A stretch of DNA of 64,000 nucleotides from a virus (taxonomy: Duplodnaviria > Heunggongvirae > Uroviricota > Caudoviricetes): positions 27,133-91,132 of IMG/VR virus record IMGVR_UViG_3300050821_006962, one strand, 5' to 3'. The position numbers and the translations under genes are program-made. Below are positions 63,817 through 64,000 of this stretch, piece by piece. Every line of letters starts with the position of its first letter. Position 1 is the stretch's first letter. The notes below the pieces were generated by a model. It made no database searches, had not been told where the DNA came from, and worked only from the letters and a program-made list of their open reading frames with translations.

Positions 63817-64000
63817 AAAAGCAATACGTAGGAATCGTGAGGGACCACAGCATGTCGATTAAAAGCGCGGGCCTTATCAACGCCGCGATGTTCGACTACA
63901 ACATCTTGATTAGCAGCTTGAAGGCTGCTTCGGAGAAGGAAGATATCGATACCATCGTCTCGACCGTGAAGTGCGGCGTCGGATGGAATGGCATCGTGGA
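63813..64000 (+). CDS. hypothetical protein (3' truncated by window end)
   Basis: GAGGAG RBS. Confidence 0.4.
   Translation, partial: MKKQYVGIVRDHSMSIKSAGLINAAMFDYNILISSLKAASEKEDIDTIVSTVKCGVGWNGIV

Noticed and set aside
1-64000. CRISPR arrays, transposases, integrases, toxin-antitoxin pairs
   Set aside because: No regularly spaced direct repeats with unique spacers and no ORF with recombinase or transposase motifs were seen. The RHH/HTH pair lacks an adjacent toxin-like partner, so it is called a regulator pair only.

Overview
This window reads as part of a large dsDNA phage or prophage genome, roughly 55-60% GC by eye, and probably a jumbo-class virus. All calls come from hand reading of the sequence and the supplied ORF track. 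Hand-derived RNA coordinates may be off by 1-2 nt. From left to right the window contains the following. (1) Leftward genes (1-2441) for Gly/Ala/Thr/Ser-rich, likely secreted or virion proteins. (2) A roughly 6 kb minus-strand array of about 33 tRNA genes (2499-8585). Every gene encodes its 3' CCA and is followed by an AUUUUC-like trailer. The array is bracketed by a sigma70-like promoter (8681-8709) and a rho-independent terminator (2461-2483). It is interrupted by three small homologous Zn-ribbon ORFs, a 37-aa membrane peptide, degenerate tRNA-like pieces, a pair of tRNA halves in inverted (permuted) order around a perfect acceptor hairpin, and a 330-nt GC-rich structured non-coding RNA-like segment ending in ...GUCCACCA. 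(3) A leftward block (8716-12760) of small membrane, Tat-secreted and coiled-coil proteins. (4) A 1.3 kb divergent control region (12761-14098) full of GATATC-centred palindromes, direct and inverted repeats and AT-rich stretches; it is a candidate origin or regulatory hub. (5) A long rightward early region (14099-24200) of small genes punctuated six times by a conserved about 28 bp stop/operator/promoter cassette (TAGTACTAGTACGTTTTTGTTGTTGACA). It includes a GIY-YIG protein, an RHH+HTH regulator pair, a SprT-like protease and an Endo VII-like resolvase. (6) A replication and nucleotide module (24941-41163). Its genes are an HTH-metallophosphoesterase, dNMP kinase, HD and DHH phosphohydrolases, a DnaQ-like exonuclease, a Prim-Pol/helicase, a family-A DNA polymerase split into two ORFs by a translationally coupled 53-codon insert, a UvrD-like helicase, a PD-(D/E)xK nuclease and a sigma-region-4-like HTH protein. 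(7) A roughly 13 kb glycan-biosynthesis island (42682-55579). It holds at least 7 glycosyltransferases (GT2 x2, GT11 fucosyltransferase-like, GT9-like, DxD types), GDP-mannose 4,6-dehydratase, RmlD-like and CapD-like sugar-nucleotide enzymes, two FkbM methyltransferases and a C-methyltransferase. This is the most likely seat of an undescribed system, either DNA hypermodification with methylated deoxy-sugars or virion or host-surface glycosylation. (8) A lysis and late region (56192-64000). It has a GH108 lysozyme, holin-like TM proteins, an RtcB RNA ligase (which fits a tRNA-repair counter-defence alongside the tRNA array), an SPFH protein and many Cys-rich mini-proteins, driven by repeated TTGACA-17-TAnnnT promoters.
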